Assembly (NCBI GenBank): GCA_012026655.1
Contig: JAAILG010000286.1
Span: 1-64,000, forward strand
Length of the DNA stretch: 64,000 bases
Source of the DNA: Hydrolagus affinis
Taxonomy: Eukaryota
Direction of reading: 5' to 3'
Both the position numbers and the translations under genes were made by a program. Shown here piece by piece: positions 13,701 through 28,700 of this stretch. Within the stretch, counting starts at the first letter, position 1; each line of letters begins with the position of its first letter. Under the pieces are notes generated by a model that was given only the letters and a program-made list of their open reading frames with translations, was not told the DNA's origin and did no database searches.

Positions 13701-16700
13701 CCATTCAAAGCAATAATCCTCAGCCCTGAACAGCCCTGAGACAATAAATAATTCAATCTCTGAGTTCTGCTGAGACTCATGAATCAAAGCTTCATTCTTG
13801 TGGCTACATCACCCAAACTTAACAATCTGAATCATTGCCAGCCATTTATTACTGCACAAACATACTTCAGTTCTCAGAGGGCCACTGGCTTGTTGATGGG
13901 CTCAAAGCCAGCCATTAGAAAAGTATGAATAGATTTTTTAATTTCCCCCCACAATAAGTAATCCAAAATTTACAAATCTTATAAAAGATGAGACTGATTG
14001 TAAACGTGCTGGTTAGATTTGTTTATTCATCCTTGTAATCTGGTTGCATTTGTAATTTTATTTTTAAAAAGAGGAAGCAGTTCTCTAATAAACCAGATGT
14101 TGTGTATTTCAGTTACTTGTCTAGTTAATAATGCATCTTCATAAATGATAACTATACACATACACACATTTTACAGGGTTTCACTTCTCTGAAGTAGACA
14201 TAATTACTGACATTGGATGTAAAGCAAAACATACTGTCTCTGCACCAATTTACCAGAATCCTACTCAGCCTGTCTCAAGAGAACACAAAATCCTTAGCAA
14301 TAAAATTAGCTTTAAGATCAATATTCTGGGACATACAAGGAAGTCCATTTCAAAGTACAGTACTTCCCTTCTGATTTTAGAAGCTTACTCACTGTGCACT
14401 TATTATGGTACTCAGCAGTTAGCAGTTACCCAGTACCTTAGTTACTGGAAAACTATCAATGAATCTCAGTTATCTTTTAAAACAAAAAAAAGGAATTACT
14501 GCACAGGGAATTAGCAATACAACATCTGTAATGAATTTTAAATTGCATTCCTGGCTTTTTACAGGGTTCTACTAAATTTCTGAATGTGGCAACAAGTCGA
14601 GAAGTTTCTGAAAGTGCGGGACATTTCAGAGTCACTGGAGACGAGAAAAACATAGGCTTCAAAATTAAATCGTCTTCAAAGTAGGTTTTGATATTCACAC
14701 CTAGTATTTTTAGGTGTGATAATAATCAAAAGGTTGGAAATCTGTTGCTCACCATTGTAAACCTCTCCTTCCAACAGACCATGCAGAGCACGGCATCATC
14801 ATCAGGCACCCAGTCCTCTTTAGCAGGTGGTATTTCCGGAGGAACAAATTCACTGACTGACTTAGATCTTCGTAACAAACGATCCTGTAGAATTGGGGGT
14901 CCTTGAAGAGAGGAGTTACCTGAGAAATATAAAAGTAAAGTGCATCTCAGCCTTGCTTAGGTGTAGCACTCTTGTTTCTGTGTCAGAAGATTATGGGATC
15001 AAGTCAGGACCTTTGCCGAGCACCTGTTCTGCACTTACCAGATGTTATACTGGCCTTTCTCTCAGTGCTGGATAACATAGCCAGGTTTTCTGGTCCCGCA
15101 CTCTGAGTGAGCAAATCTTGCAGGTTAATTACAGAATCTAGTCAGAAAAAGACAAAAAAAAATTTAATAAAAATTTAAATCAACATTATCACATCACTCT
15201 AATCTGTAATTTGCCATTCTCTTTAAACCTATGCATAGATGACACCTAGACAAAAATCAAACATCAACTAAACTTTTTTTGTCTTTATTAAAAGTGACGA
15301 TGCAAGCTCAGTGCGATTGCATGAATATGTAGGGCTGTAAAACAAGAGTTTGGGCCACTGTGGAAACAAATGTGGGTACAATAAAACAATGGCTCTACAG
15401 TGTAATGACTGATGGCCAGCATTACAGAAAGTCTGATGATTAAAGAATAACCCAATGAGCCACGAAGGTATAAAGGCCAAAAGATCCCAGACCTTTGGCT
15501 AGTTAACAGATTTCAATCTGAATGGCTGTGGAAAAGAAAATCAGCAATTTGGTCATGGTGGGAAAGGAAAATCAATCTCCATTGATCCTTGCTGAGAAGC
15601 ATAGGTCTCTGGGTGTTTAACCGGAGCAAGATTGATGCCGATATAATGCCTCTCACACTTGAATACATCACTGACACTGATGGAAGCCTCATATATGAAG
15701 AACAAATACAAGGATCAGGTATTTTGATGTGTTCGATAATGTCAGCAGACTGTAAGATTCCAACTATGAATTAATTCTGAAACAAAAACTTGGATTTGAG
15801 TAAAAAAAAATTGAAAAACAGGATCTTAATCTCGCTTAAAATGAATCGTAAAAATGAGATAAATATGAATTGCAAAAGAAATTCTGAAGAATAAGTGGAC
15901 CTTTGGAATACACAGAGAGCCAGTCTGGTGATAATAATAATCCTGCATTTGATACAGTGTCTTAATGTTGAGATGTCTCAAAGGACTTCACAGAATTGGC
16001 TATATAAAGTGGATTGATTGTATATAAACATACCTAAGAAAAGACAATAAAGATAGAAAAGTCAGTGTAAAACAGACTGCCATTCCTGGTGTTGCTGCAT
16101 TTCGCTTCACTGAACTCACCTCGGCTGGTTAGCAAGTGGAATTTTCCAGCCATGATATAGAATACAGCGAATGAGTGAAATGAGATATAGAGATGGTAAT
16201 TTAATCACAGCACACATGGGCCAGTCATAAAAAAAGATCCATGTAACCTAATCAACTTATTTTTGCAAAGTTTCAATTCAAACAGTAAATATTCCAATAT
16301 AATTCGACAACAACAAAGTTACATTTATGGAGCGCCTTTCAAGTCGGGATGATGTCCCAAGGCGCTGAACAATTAGGTCAGGACCTGAGCAATGGGGAGT
16401 GGCAGGGAATTCAATGAATACGTGGCTCCCTCCACGCAGCTATGCGTCAACTTTATTGGGGAGAAAGAGAGAGATAGTGAGGCAACTTTCGGTGTCCTGC
16501 CATTGGTCCATTTAGTAATTTCCTCTTGTATATAAAAAAAAAGTTTCCTCACCAGATCGAGTTTTCCCTCGCACTGCATATGGAACTTCAAGTGCCTTGG
16601 CTGCATACTTGGAAAGAAGAGCATCGATATCTTTCATGGCAAAGCCAGCTTCTTGCCCCACAAGGAGTTGATGAAGTATGCGGACAGCCACTGTGGCCCA

Positions 16701-19700
16701 ATCCACTTTCAGGTTCATGAGAAGCTGTTCCAGCATCAGCAACGGGGTAGAGGACAGGTGCGAATATTGGTCGCGGGCAGATTCTGGCAATGCCAGCAAC
16801 AGCTAAGTTCAAAAACAAAATTACACACAGTCAACAAACAGATCAAAGTGCAAGAAAACACATGGTCTAATCAGAGTTTAGCAAAACTATGCTTAAGAAA
16901 TGTTAAATTTCCAATTTCTAGCTCACTGAGTCATATAAGTTCATATTTAGAAACGGTATAAAATACTACAACTTGGTGACTCACTTGGACTTAACACAAC
17001 CTTTGCCTATTTTTCACTTCACACAATTAGAAACTTTGTGAAACCTCTACAAACAGTTCATTCACCATAACACACATTATATACATCTCCCCTCATGAGA
17101 GCCTTATTCTAAGAAAGGTCACAGTTTAAACACACCTAGTATTTCAAGGAGATTATTTCCCTTATGGCTAAAACCGTACGTACCCAGGATTTTCACCACT
17201 TTGATGAAGAAAAATAATTGCCAATTTTATTCACTCAAGGACTCCCTAAAACATTAAGGATTTCAGTGTGCTGTAGATGTCAATACATAAAATAAAGGAA
17301 CTGCAAGGTGCATTTAGAGAGAGAGAGAGAGAGAGAGAGATATAGATATGATAGAAAACAGTTGATTGATTTCCAGCATCTACAGTAATTTGCATTTTGT
17401 TTGTGTTTAATTTACTGCCACTTCACTTCTAGGAATGCCTCCTTGAAGAAGTTTTGCTCTTCACTTCGACGTGACGTTCAATGTTCACTTTTACCCTGCT
17501 CACCTTGTCTACACTATCTGTTTCCCTTTGTGTGTTTGATGTTGTGTTCACTAAAACCTGCTCTAACAGCCATATTTCTTTCCTCAGTAACTGCCTTAAA
17601 CGGTAAGTAATCCCACGTGGATTTTGTCTCAAATTCCATCCCTCCTGCTTTCAATCCACCAGTTCTGATGAAGGGTCATGGATGTCGACACACTTTTTCT
17701 TTCTCCATAAATGCTGCCTGACCTGCTGACTGTTTCCAGCAACTTCTGTTTTTGTGATAGAAGACTTCTAGCAATTATAACGTAGTTCTTTAATACTCTT
17801 CTTACCTTTGATCCAATGCGCATGGCCTGTATTTCGTGGCACCGTGTTGCAGATAGGCTCTTGCGGAAGTGTGTGGTAAGGTAATTAGCCAAAAAGTGAC
17901 AAGTAGCCAGTCCTGGGTGCTGGTCTAGAGCCTGTTCACATACTGCTCGGCAAACATCAAGATCAGTTATCCCCTGCAAGAGCTGATGGAACAGGGAGAA
18001 GAAATCAGACATATATTATTCCTTTTAAAAACTGAAGCTGATAATTTAATAACCATTATATTTCTCCCCTAAAGTACACTAAACATTAATAAATAGATCA
18101 CACTAATTTCAAAGTAATTAATTTCTAACTCGCAATGCATGCCAAATGTTTTCTATAATTCCTACTACAGTGATGATCTGAAAAAAAATGACTGAATCTT
18201 TGTTTAAGTGAACAGATTACTATACTATTTTTTCACTTGCATCACCAACCCACCATTAAAAAAAACTTCAAACCTTTAATTGGGCTATACCACTTGGTTT
18301 AAACACACCTGGCTTAAAGAAGTTAGCATGTCATACTTGCCTGGAATGCTCTTTCCCCATCTCCTTGCTCCAGTAGGTGAAGAAGGTATTCGCGTCGAAG
18401 ATTCATTATGAAGTATGTTGAAACAGTGTGCATCTGCACCCAAGACTCACAAAGCTTGAACTCCTACACAAACAATATAGTCAACTTTTAATACACAGGA
18501 TTGTAAATACACGTAAATAAAAGTAATTTCAATGGACTATGAGATTCCAGGCATGAGTTCCTTGTGACATTAATTTCAAAGCAGAATATGCCACATCACC
18601 CAAGGGGCCGTTATTCATGAGTTCTATTGAATAAGTAATGGTTAAGCGATGGATCATGGAAACAAAACATCTGTGACAATGGCGCAGACCTAATGAGTTA
18701 TGTAATCCAATGTCATTTAGTACATTGTAGAGTATCAACAGGCTAGGAGGGACCACCAACATGAAAGCAACACAGCCAAGTTTCCATCTTGTGCCCAGCC
18801 AACATAAAAACTCATGAACATGACAGCAGAGATCACAGAATAGTCATCACATATAATTGTTAAACTCTCCAATCCAGGACCACCGAGGAACTATATGGTC
18901 TGTTTAATTTAGCACAAAGCAGGGTTCAAACCTAGTAACTTCCAGGTCTGCACGGTTAATTCTTCGCAGATTCTTTGCCAAATGAGACATTAGGAGAACT
19001 CCTAAGGAATATTTAGTGATGCTATTCCTCTGACAGAAAGAGTAACAATTTGCTTGAAATGTGAATGTTATAATAATATTCACATTTAATGTAGCATCTT
19101 ATCAAACAAATATCTCAAAGCACATCACAGCATTTTACTGCAAAGTTCAATAAAGATGTTGCACTTGTGGGCAAATACTGCAGCTAATTTCCGTACAGCA
19201 ACATTTAAGTAATTTAATTTTGGGGACTGTTGGCCAAGACATTGGACATCCTCTTTTTGAATAGTGCCATAGGATAGTAGCATTATACCACACGTTCTTC
19301 TGATCAGGTGAGATTGCATCATTAATGTTCATCAAAGCTGATAGTTTAGCACTGTCAATCTGAAAGTAACAGAATATATTTAAGCAACAATCCCACACGG
19401 CTGATGCACCTGATGCATTAAATGGCTTCCAAACACTGAGTAAATGTCTAAGTCACAGGCTCATTTTATATATAATGCAGCAGTGCTAAAACCAGTTAAA
19501 AGATAGATACAGAAAGCAAATCTTCAGAATCTACGTAAGGAAAATGGGCCTTACCCCAGCTCTCAAAATCGCATCCATTACAGTTTGTGGGTTCTCACTG
19601 GATTCATTCTGCAGTTCTTGCCAGCCAGAGCATGGCAACGAAGACCTTAGGTTAAGGATCTGCAAACGTACCATTTCGCATTTTCAGATTAACCAACAAA

Positions 19701-22700
19701 ACATTTATTGGAGAGACTAGAAACAATGGGAATCTTTCAAAGAACTTCCAAAAACCAAACTTAAGACTGCATTTTCCAAAATTCTGCCCCATCTTAAATT
19801 GTAAGGCAATGATCTTAAGATAAAACCATGAGGAATTCTGGAAAGCAACGTCCTCTATCTAGTATGCATTAGCATTCAATAAAGTACTTATTTGAAGGAA
19901 TGTTATTTGACCACATTCAGTCACCCCTTCTCACTGCTTTACATTGATATATGTACCGATTGTAAGTGAGTGTTCTGTACCTTCTCGTAAACCTGTAACT
20001 CCTTTTTCTTTGTGTGCAGCTTTGATTTCAATTCATCCTCATCTGTACCAGGATCACTCAAGCAGTATGACAGCACCTCCAGGCAAGCATCGAGGGGCCA
20101 CTTCTCCAAACAACGGAGGGTCAGTTTACCTCTGAGAACAGCATTTTGTACACGGAAAAGATACTTCCAACCTTCCACACCTGCCAAAGAAACACAAATT
20201 CATCATTAGCTCAGCCACCATCTAAAAGAGAAGGAAACAAAATGGGTAATCTTTGGACAGGATACGCTGAAGGGTGTGTAGTGGACAACTGTTGTTAGGA
20301 GAATGGTTGCTCTTCCCCAATTCCACTCAGTAGAGCTGTTTTTGTTTAACCTTTAGAGGCTCTGTAAATAGAATAGTATATTGATCATCAGCACTTTAAA
20401 GTCCATACTTACTTTGTACAGCAGCACAGCTGAGCAAAATATCTTTGAGTTGCTCAAATTCTGCAATCTCTTCACCATACACATCAAGAACCCTCAATGC
20501 ACGAGGCCAATCTCGGTCAGACAGAGCCTGTCTGAAACCTTCAATGAGCGTGTTGACAGCTGCTTTGGAGTGGAGGCCTGACAACAGGAGAGTGGTATTC
20601 GGGTTACCACACAGAGAAGTGACAAGACTGTGGTCCTCTTCCTGACTCCCTTGAAGAGATTCAGCCATTGCAGAGAGAAAGTGTTCCAGCACAGGAAATT
20701 CTTTCATCAACTGCTCACACTCCTTGGAGATTTGTTCCATGTCAAGCGGGGTCTCCGTGCGACCACTCAGACGTTCCTTCCATGACAGACTCTGTTTCGA
20801 CGCCTTTTGACCACGGGTAGCAGTCAGGCAGACAACAACGGCCAGCAACTTTGAGCGTGACTTCAGGAAACTCAGGGCAGAGGGAATCAAAGAATACGGA
20901 CCCAAGGAACCTGGAGAAATTACCAGGGATTCTTCTTTCACATTTTCTTCTGTCTGCTGGAACAAGCTTGGAAATTCAATTCCTAAATCAGATAGACAGT
21001 CCTTGGTGTGTTTCTCAATCAGTTCAGTAACTTCAGCAAGAAAAGCTGGGCACTGGCTCGATTTCTTGTTCCACAGAGGCAGATGCTCACAGCAGCAACT
21101 AACAATGATCTGCTGTATGTTTAAGTTCAGTTCTTCTCTTTGCAGCAAAAAGAACAACCTAAGTGAAACACATATCATGTCAGCAGAAGCACTGAATTTT
21201 ACTCTCTCACTCAGATATATGTTGAGCAACGCAATACTGTATTTTGTACCCTCATGGCATTTGGAAACCCAAGTTCACAATTTCCATTTTTTTTAAATCC
21301 ACTTATCAGAATAGACACACACACACACACACAGAAGAGATCAGATGGAAAGAGTACCTTGTGTTGAAGGTCAACTCCAACAACCTCAGATAAACACATC
21401 TCACCAGAAAATGAGCAGTAAAAAATAATATTGCCGGTGACAGTTTTCCACCATTGCTGAGTCACATTAGCAGTTCCTTAACAATTAACCTATTGTACAG
21501 CGCCTTGGGACGTCCTCCCGACGTGAAAGGCGCTCTATAAATGTAATTTGTTGTTGTTGTTGTTGTGATAACAGTATTGATTGAAGAGTAGCTCATACCT
21601 GTCGGGTGACACCGATTTCTCAAACATCAAATGTGCTAAGAGCTGTGAGGGCGTCTGTCGAAGAACCAGGAAGGGATTTCCCACTTTTACCTCTGTAGAT
21701 TGATCTAGGGTGAAGGCAACAGAATTAGCTTTGAAACAATGTGATCCAAAACCACACCAGTTTCAGAAACCTCATTCATGGACAGCAGGATCATTTGCTG
21801 TTCCAATCATGTTTGTTTAGCCTTAGATGTTTTAATCATTCTAATCTTGGTTTTATTTCTCTCCCTCATCCTTCCCACAAATGTATTCAAATGGACACTT
21901 ATAATAATAATAATACTGTACTTGCTTTTGATATAGCACTTTTCACATCTTCTTGACATCTCAAAGCACTTCTTGTATAAGTTCAGACAGCATGCACTGG
22001 CAGGCTATAAGACAAATGCTGCCCTCACAAGCACACTTTCTGGTGGGGAGGGTCACTGGTTGTCAATCAGAAGTGGGAACCCAAGATGACTTTTCGCCAA
22101 CAGTTAGTCCAAGTTCACTGTGGCCAATTTGTAAACCCCCCCACATCACTATCGGTTTTATCATCAATTAACTCAATATAGACTGGGATTCGATCAGACA
22201 TTTTGCTAACTACCGTGCCAGGTAGGCAATTGCCTTAGCTGCTTCTCTTAGCAACTCAAGATTTAGTTTTCAGTGAGAATAATGAAGAAAAATGAAAAAC
22301 GGAAGCACAATTATCATGTTCAGGTAATCGTCATGTTCAGATACATCATTGTCATGCCTTACCCAGATCTCGATTCATACTCCGAACAAGTATTGCTGCG
22401 AGTGTATTGATGTAGTCAAACAAGCTTCGCACATAGTCTGCCCTGATATGGTTATCTTTCACAGTCTGGATCTGCTGATCCAGGTTCTTCAACAGCTGCT
22501 TCATTTGATTCCGGACTGGATGCCCTTCTGAATCCTGGGATCGGAGACTTGTCTGTTCCATCAGGCAGGTGAGTATATTTCCCTTTATCTCTGTCAACAG
22601 ACAAATAAGATTTGTTTGTTTTGCATCCACTTGTGTTTGAAAAGTATTAGATTCAGAAGGTTACTGTAGTAAATGAGCATGCTCAGAGGATGTAACAAAG

Positions 22701-25700
22701 CACCATCTAAAAAATGGTAATGGAGAGCTTATAAAAGAGCAATCAAGGGGAAAAAAAAAAGTTGAGAATTACCAGACTTGCTACTTAGATCAGAAATTTG
22801 TCATTTATAAACACCTAAATGATTACAGATACAGTCTGTGAGATCCCTCTCAACGGAGAATCAACTCAAGTTAGGAAAACACATCCTGTTTGTATTTTTG
22901 GAATCGTGTTGTAGCTCCAAAAACATTCAAGAATTTCCCAGACATGTTCTATTTCTGCTACTAACCAGTGGGATCCATTGCTGCTTCTAGCTTCTTCATG
23001 ATGTTCTCCAAACACTGCAACAAGATAAGTTGGCTTGTGATGCAGTCCTCAGTCAGTGCAGGATATCGCATTAGCAGGAGCTCGGTTATACTGCAGTTAT
23101 ACTGACTGGTAGCTTTCTCCTCAGTATCTATCAATGTACGAGAATCACATTTACAAGTTTAGCCTTTTCATTACCTGTGTATGTATCATAAAAGAAATGG
23201 TGGTCACTGAATGTAAGCCGATCTCACCATTTCCAAATCAACAGTTTGACTGTCATACCAATAATCCCTTAAAGTGACCATTCACAAACTGAGCGTTCTC
23301 AGGTCACTGAAATTATTTTTTTTGTTATATTTTCTCTTTACGTCTCTCCTGCAAGCACTCCTAGGGCAGTTTCATGAGTGCCCTCCAGTAGATGAGACTT
23401 TGAATGTTGGCAGGTTGTTTAGCTATGGCTGATATCATGGCCTTGCCCCATCTCGTTATACACACCCCTTTAGTAGATGACAGTTGAGCCTGATTATACA
23501 GGCTGAACACTATATCCATTAGGGCTGTTGTAAGCTTACACATGATTTTGAAGATGTGTTTACCCAACACTGATGTGCACTGAGTCTTGAAATTGGGTGT
23601 TAGTCCTCACCAAGGTTGGTTGTGGTAAATTGCTATCAATGGTGCAATATAAATGCTGCATTCAATTACCCGTATTTATATAATTGTAAGACCAACAAAT
23701 ATTACTTTACCGGGTTTGGGTGGTGCTCGTGAACTGTGGGAACAGTTTAGAATTTTACTTATTTGCTGAAGGACTGCAGGAAAACCTTGGATTCCATCTG
23801 GATAGCAACGAACAGAATCAATCTTTCGACCTGGAGAACACATAAGGTAACAGGACTGAATTTCTGAATTGGACAAAACTGTGAAGCTAGTCAACAAAAT
23901 ATAAATTATTTTTCTCAGTCCTTATGGATTACAATTTATTTTCAAAAAAAACTGGCAAAGATTAATGATCACATTAGTTAAAGGAAGTTTTGAAATTGAT
24001 TAAAAATACAGCACAATGAAATTGTTAATTATCATAATAATCATCCTTATATTTGATATTGTGTCCTTTTTGGAAATACATCTAAGCATACACTGTAAAA
24101 CCCAATGACTACAGTTTTTTTTTGAGATGAACACAGCAACCAATTTGTGCACAGCAAGTCCCATAAACAGTTGCTAATTATTACTAACAAAGCATTCAGT
24201 GGAAGTGGAACATCAGATAGATTCACTACAAAGCTCAATATAATCATTGAATACTTAAAAATGAATCTGATGCACAAGTATTGGAGGTCCTTTTTCGTTT
24301 TTAAAAAAAACCAAATCATAGCAGGCTTCTACATGGGGTGGGGGCAGGCTTGATGGGCCGAATGGCCTACTCCTGTTCCTATTTCTTATGTACACTGATC
24401 AAATGCATTCAAGGATTCTTCAACCAAACTGTTTACACCTGATAAATCCTTAAGAATTGCAAATTAATCTAAAAAGGTTGTCAGCCTAGGTTCTTTAAAA
24501 TCTTTGCGGAATGCAATTGTCCTCTTACCTTTTGCCTCAAAAGTAGCCACGAGTTTCCTTTCTGCTGTCTCCAGCAACTGTTTGCAGGTCTTCCATAGCT
24601 GGCAGTGGGTGCAAGCAAGGTCAAAGACAGCCATGGCAGCAGCACTGAGGTCCTCCAATAGCTCACAAAGAGGATTATTTGGTTCAATCTCTACTTTACT
24701 CTTCCAGAAATCATCCAGCAGTGTTGAATTAGCCCCTTCAGATGAATTAATCAACTTATCCACCACATCAGAAATTGAGTAAAACACCATACCTGAAAAA
24801 TGAAAAGACATCAGGTTCAATTGGTCAGAACACGTGCCCACATTATAAAATGTTAGACCTCTTTAGTCTGATGAAGTCACAAAAGTGTTACTATTTTAGG
24901 CATTTGTAATCCAGTTGTCAAACCTATAAAAATGAATTACCTGCTGCTGCGGCGTTGCCGATGGCTTGAAGTGTAAACCGGCCACCTCCACTAAGCTTGC
25001 GGTTATCCGTCGTTGTGTTCTCCATTTTCTGTTCTACTTTGGCGAGTTCACTGATCACTTGTTGATAGCGTTCCATAAATACCAATTCACCGTAGCAGCA
25101 GGCAGACTGCATATTGAACATCAGTGCAACCTACCAGGAGCACAAGTAAAACCCAGTTACTTGCTAAGATTTGTGTGAATCAAGCACTCTGAGACGCCGT
25201 CCGGCATGGAGGGCACTATATAAATCGAAGTTGTTGTTGTAAATCGAAGTTGTTGTTGTCGAATTAGGAGCTTCACCAATGTCCATACCAACATGTGTCA
25301 GTCTGGCTAGTTGATTCCACTCTTTCCTGAGTGAGAAGGTTGAGTTTAAACCACATGTTGGGACTTTGGATTCAGTGTATGCTATCACTTCAATGCTGTT
25401 CTAGGAAAGCACTGCATTGTTGGTGCTAAAAACCCTTGGGATATTGAAAACCAAAGTCCTGTCTGCCTGTTCAGGAGTTTAAAGATCCCATGATATTATT
25501 TTAATAGAAAATTGATTTTCTCCCCCATGTCTGAAAGACAATAATTCCCCTGGTAAAATTAGACACTGACTTCACGGCTCTTCCCAGGACACTGCCATTT
25601 GCAAACTGGGCACCAACTATTAAATCAAACTATTTTAAAAATCAAACTATTTTAAGGAATGTGAATGCATAATTACTAAACTGTACTAAAAATTTCGGCA

Positions 25701-28700
25701 AGGCATTTTCAAACATTTTGATGTGATAAGGCGATCTATCAAATGCAGGGTTTAAAAAAGATTTTGTAATTCATAAAAGACAAATATTACCTGCTCACCC
25801 ATGCCAACAGAAGTCATGTTACCTGATGTGCTTGAGTAAAGTTCCCTCTCAAGATGCAGGAAATCAGAAGAGACTCTGGTGGAGCCAACATCATGGGTAT
25901 TAGAAGCTTTCGCTTTTGAGCTGGAGACCTACAGCCCTGCTTAGATGTACCGACCAGATTTCCAACACTCCCATCTAGAACAATTAAACATTAGTAAGTA
26001 TCAACTGGTTCAGTTCCTTAGGACAACACAGCGGATCATTTTAACAACTCATTGCAAAAGACAAAGCTCACCATCTCTTAATCAGGGAAACTAAGGAAGG
26101 GCAATTAATGCTGGCAAAGATTAATGATGTAAATGAATGTTTTACAGAGCTAAATAAAAGAAATGCTGGAGAACTACAAGATCAGTTCAACCCTACAAAA
26201 CAACCTTGGCCAGGACAGTCCTATTTTTTCCTTTTCAAAATGATGACATTTCAACAGCTTTGCTGATAACTACAATATAAAATACCTACAGGTGGATTTA
26301 AATCTGGAGTTTACTGTTGAGTTTCGATGCTCAGCTCAGAGCCACCATTATAGTGAGGAAAAGGAAATCATGCCTGACATACACCTTGAAATAGGTTGTG
26401 TTACAAAATGACTAAACAAGTCAGACATTTTGTAACCTGTTAATGGTTTGGTAATTTACAAGATATACATTGAAAGGCACATCCTGTGCTCAGAGTATGA
26501 TCATATATACCTGAGGCGCTGGCACTTAAATCTCCACTCATGCTCTCCACTGTCAGATGGGAACCATTGCTGCGTTCTGTCGAAACAGAAAATCAAACCT
26601 AAGTAAACCTGAGTGAGAATATCATAGCGATTCTAAATCAGCTACCATTTCAGCTTCCTTGGCAATTGCTTGCTGCTCCACAGATTGAACGTGGATCAGA
26701 TATTTGATAACAGTTAAATATCCTGAGCCTGAGGTAACTCGCATTCACTTCTACTTCAGTTCAAATGAAACTGTCAAGTTCCACTGCACATTGTGAGAAT
26801 ACATGAAGTCTCGGTGGATAATCAGAGAATAAAGTTGTTTCAGAGACAAATGGAAATGCAAATAGGTTGTGATTATATCTAGCTGTGCAACACTCTATTG
26901 ACATGCTGGATTCAGTGATAAATTAATTAGGGCGAGACATTGACAATTATATCAATCCTACTAATTTTCCAACAGAGGTCAGCTAACTTAGCAATATGAA
27001 ATCAGTTTCACTCTCAGCAGTGCCATTGAAACCACTCACCCAGAAAAGTCTTAAGGCAATTATTTGTGTACGGTAGTTTAAGCAGAGATGATAAATTCGT
27101 TCAAAAAAGAAGTTAATCTTAATTTGAAGAGGATCATTAAAATAGTAGTGGGGCAAGCAAGAGAGTGGAATTCAGTGGAATTTATGGTTGGTTCATGTGA
27201 AGAAATCACCAGCATAGATTTGACATGCTTTGCATTTTATGGCTCAGATTTTGTTCTCCAGTCTGAAAATCTTACCTGTCCTCTTTCTTCGTGCTCTACT
27301 TCTCCTATTTGAAGCAGGGTGTTTTGATGGAACAGGGTATTTTTTAGTTGAACAAGACAGTTCTCCCTCTACACAGGGCACAAGATACAAACATTATTGC
27401 GAGGCACAGAGAACTGCCAGAGGAACGCCCTGTCCTTCACAACTTGTGAAACATTAACAATAGTAGATAATCTCATCTGGAGGACATCTAATGAATGAAA
27501 GACTCCCTGAGAATTGTACACTGGTATCATTTTCTAATATAAGCTTAAATCCTCGTGTGGTGCTCAAAACAAACCCCTATCTCATATGCAAGTATAATTT
27601 TGCCCACAAAAATATACAATCAATTCACATTACAGTATATTCTGTGAAGTGCTTTGAGACGTCTCGAAGACATGATAATCCACTTTATCAAATGTAATAA
27701 TTATTATTATTATTAAGTCAACTGAGCCAAATTAACAGTCTGTAAGATGCATTTTGATGCCAAGTATAAACCTTTTAGAATCAAATACTGCTTGGGGGTG
27801 TACATTTCTCTTCTGAACTTTTACTCAATATTTTTTCAAAATCTTTTTTAAACCAAGTTCTTACCTGCAGTTTTGTTGCTCATCACAACTTTGTACCTCC
27901 ACAAGGCTTCAGAGATGTACCTGGAAAGCTGTGCCAGGCGATTCTCAAAAACATTGGCACCAATCGAACAGCTTAGGCATTCCATGAGCTGCACATCCTC
28001 CCCAGGCACCTCTCCAGAGAACTGGGGAGTTTGGCACTTCATTTCCACCAGGTGGCTCTCAATCATCTCCAGGAATATGCTCATCGTCACTTCATCCACT
28101 AAAACTTCACTCCCACTGTTTGTGCTGGTCACAAAATGCTTCAGATCTAGATATTCCAAGCTCTCTAATCCAGAGCCTGAGACTTTTGATTCAGCCTTTG
28201 CTGCCTTCTGCTTCAGTATTGAACCATTGTAAAGAATTCCAGAGCTCCTTTGTAGCATACACTCTTCCAAACCTGTCCGTGTACCCTCACAACCGGAGGC
28301 ATTTACAGTACGTCCTGTCTGTTCTGGGGATTCTGTGCTACTCTCAACCATTTGGGTTTGTTCAGTCTCCCCCTCTTCCTCAAAGCCAAATTGTCCTTCA
28401 GTCCTTACTTTATCTCCACAGAGATCACTGTAGGTCAAGAACAGCAAGGAGAAGATGTTCTCCAACACCTCCAATCGGAAAGGAGCAGGGATCATACGCA
28501 GGAAGGTCTGGCACTTGGTGAAGTAGAGTTTGAAAACTCTGGAACAGCCTGTAGGATTAAATGAATAAACACTCGCTGTAATTTTTAATAGGCTGAAAAC
28601 TAAAATGGCAATAAAAAAATATTAAAAGGCATAGAAGAATTAGCACACATTTTCAACACACTTTAATGTCAATACAGCTCAAAGCGCTTCAGCGGGTTAA

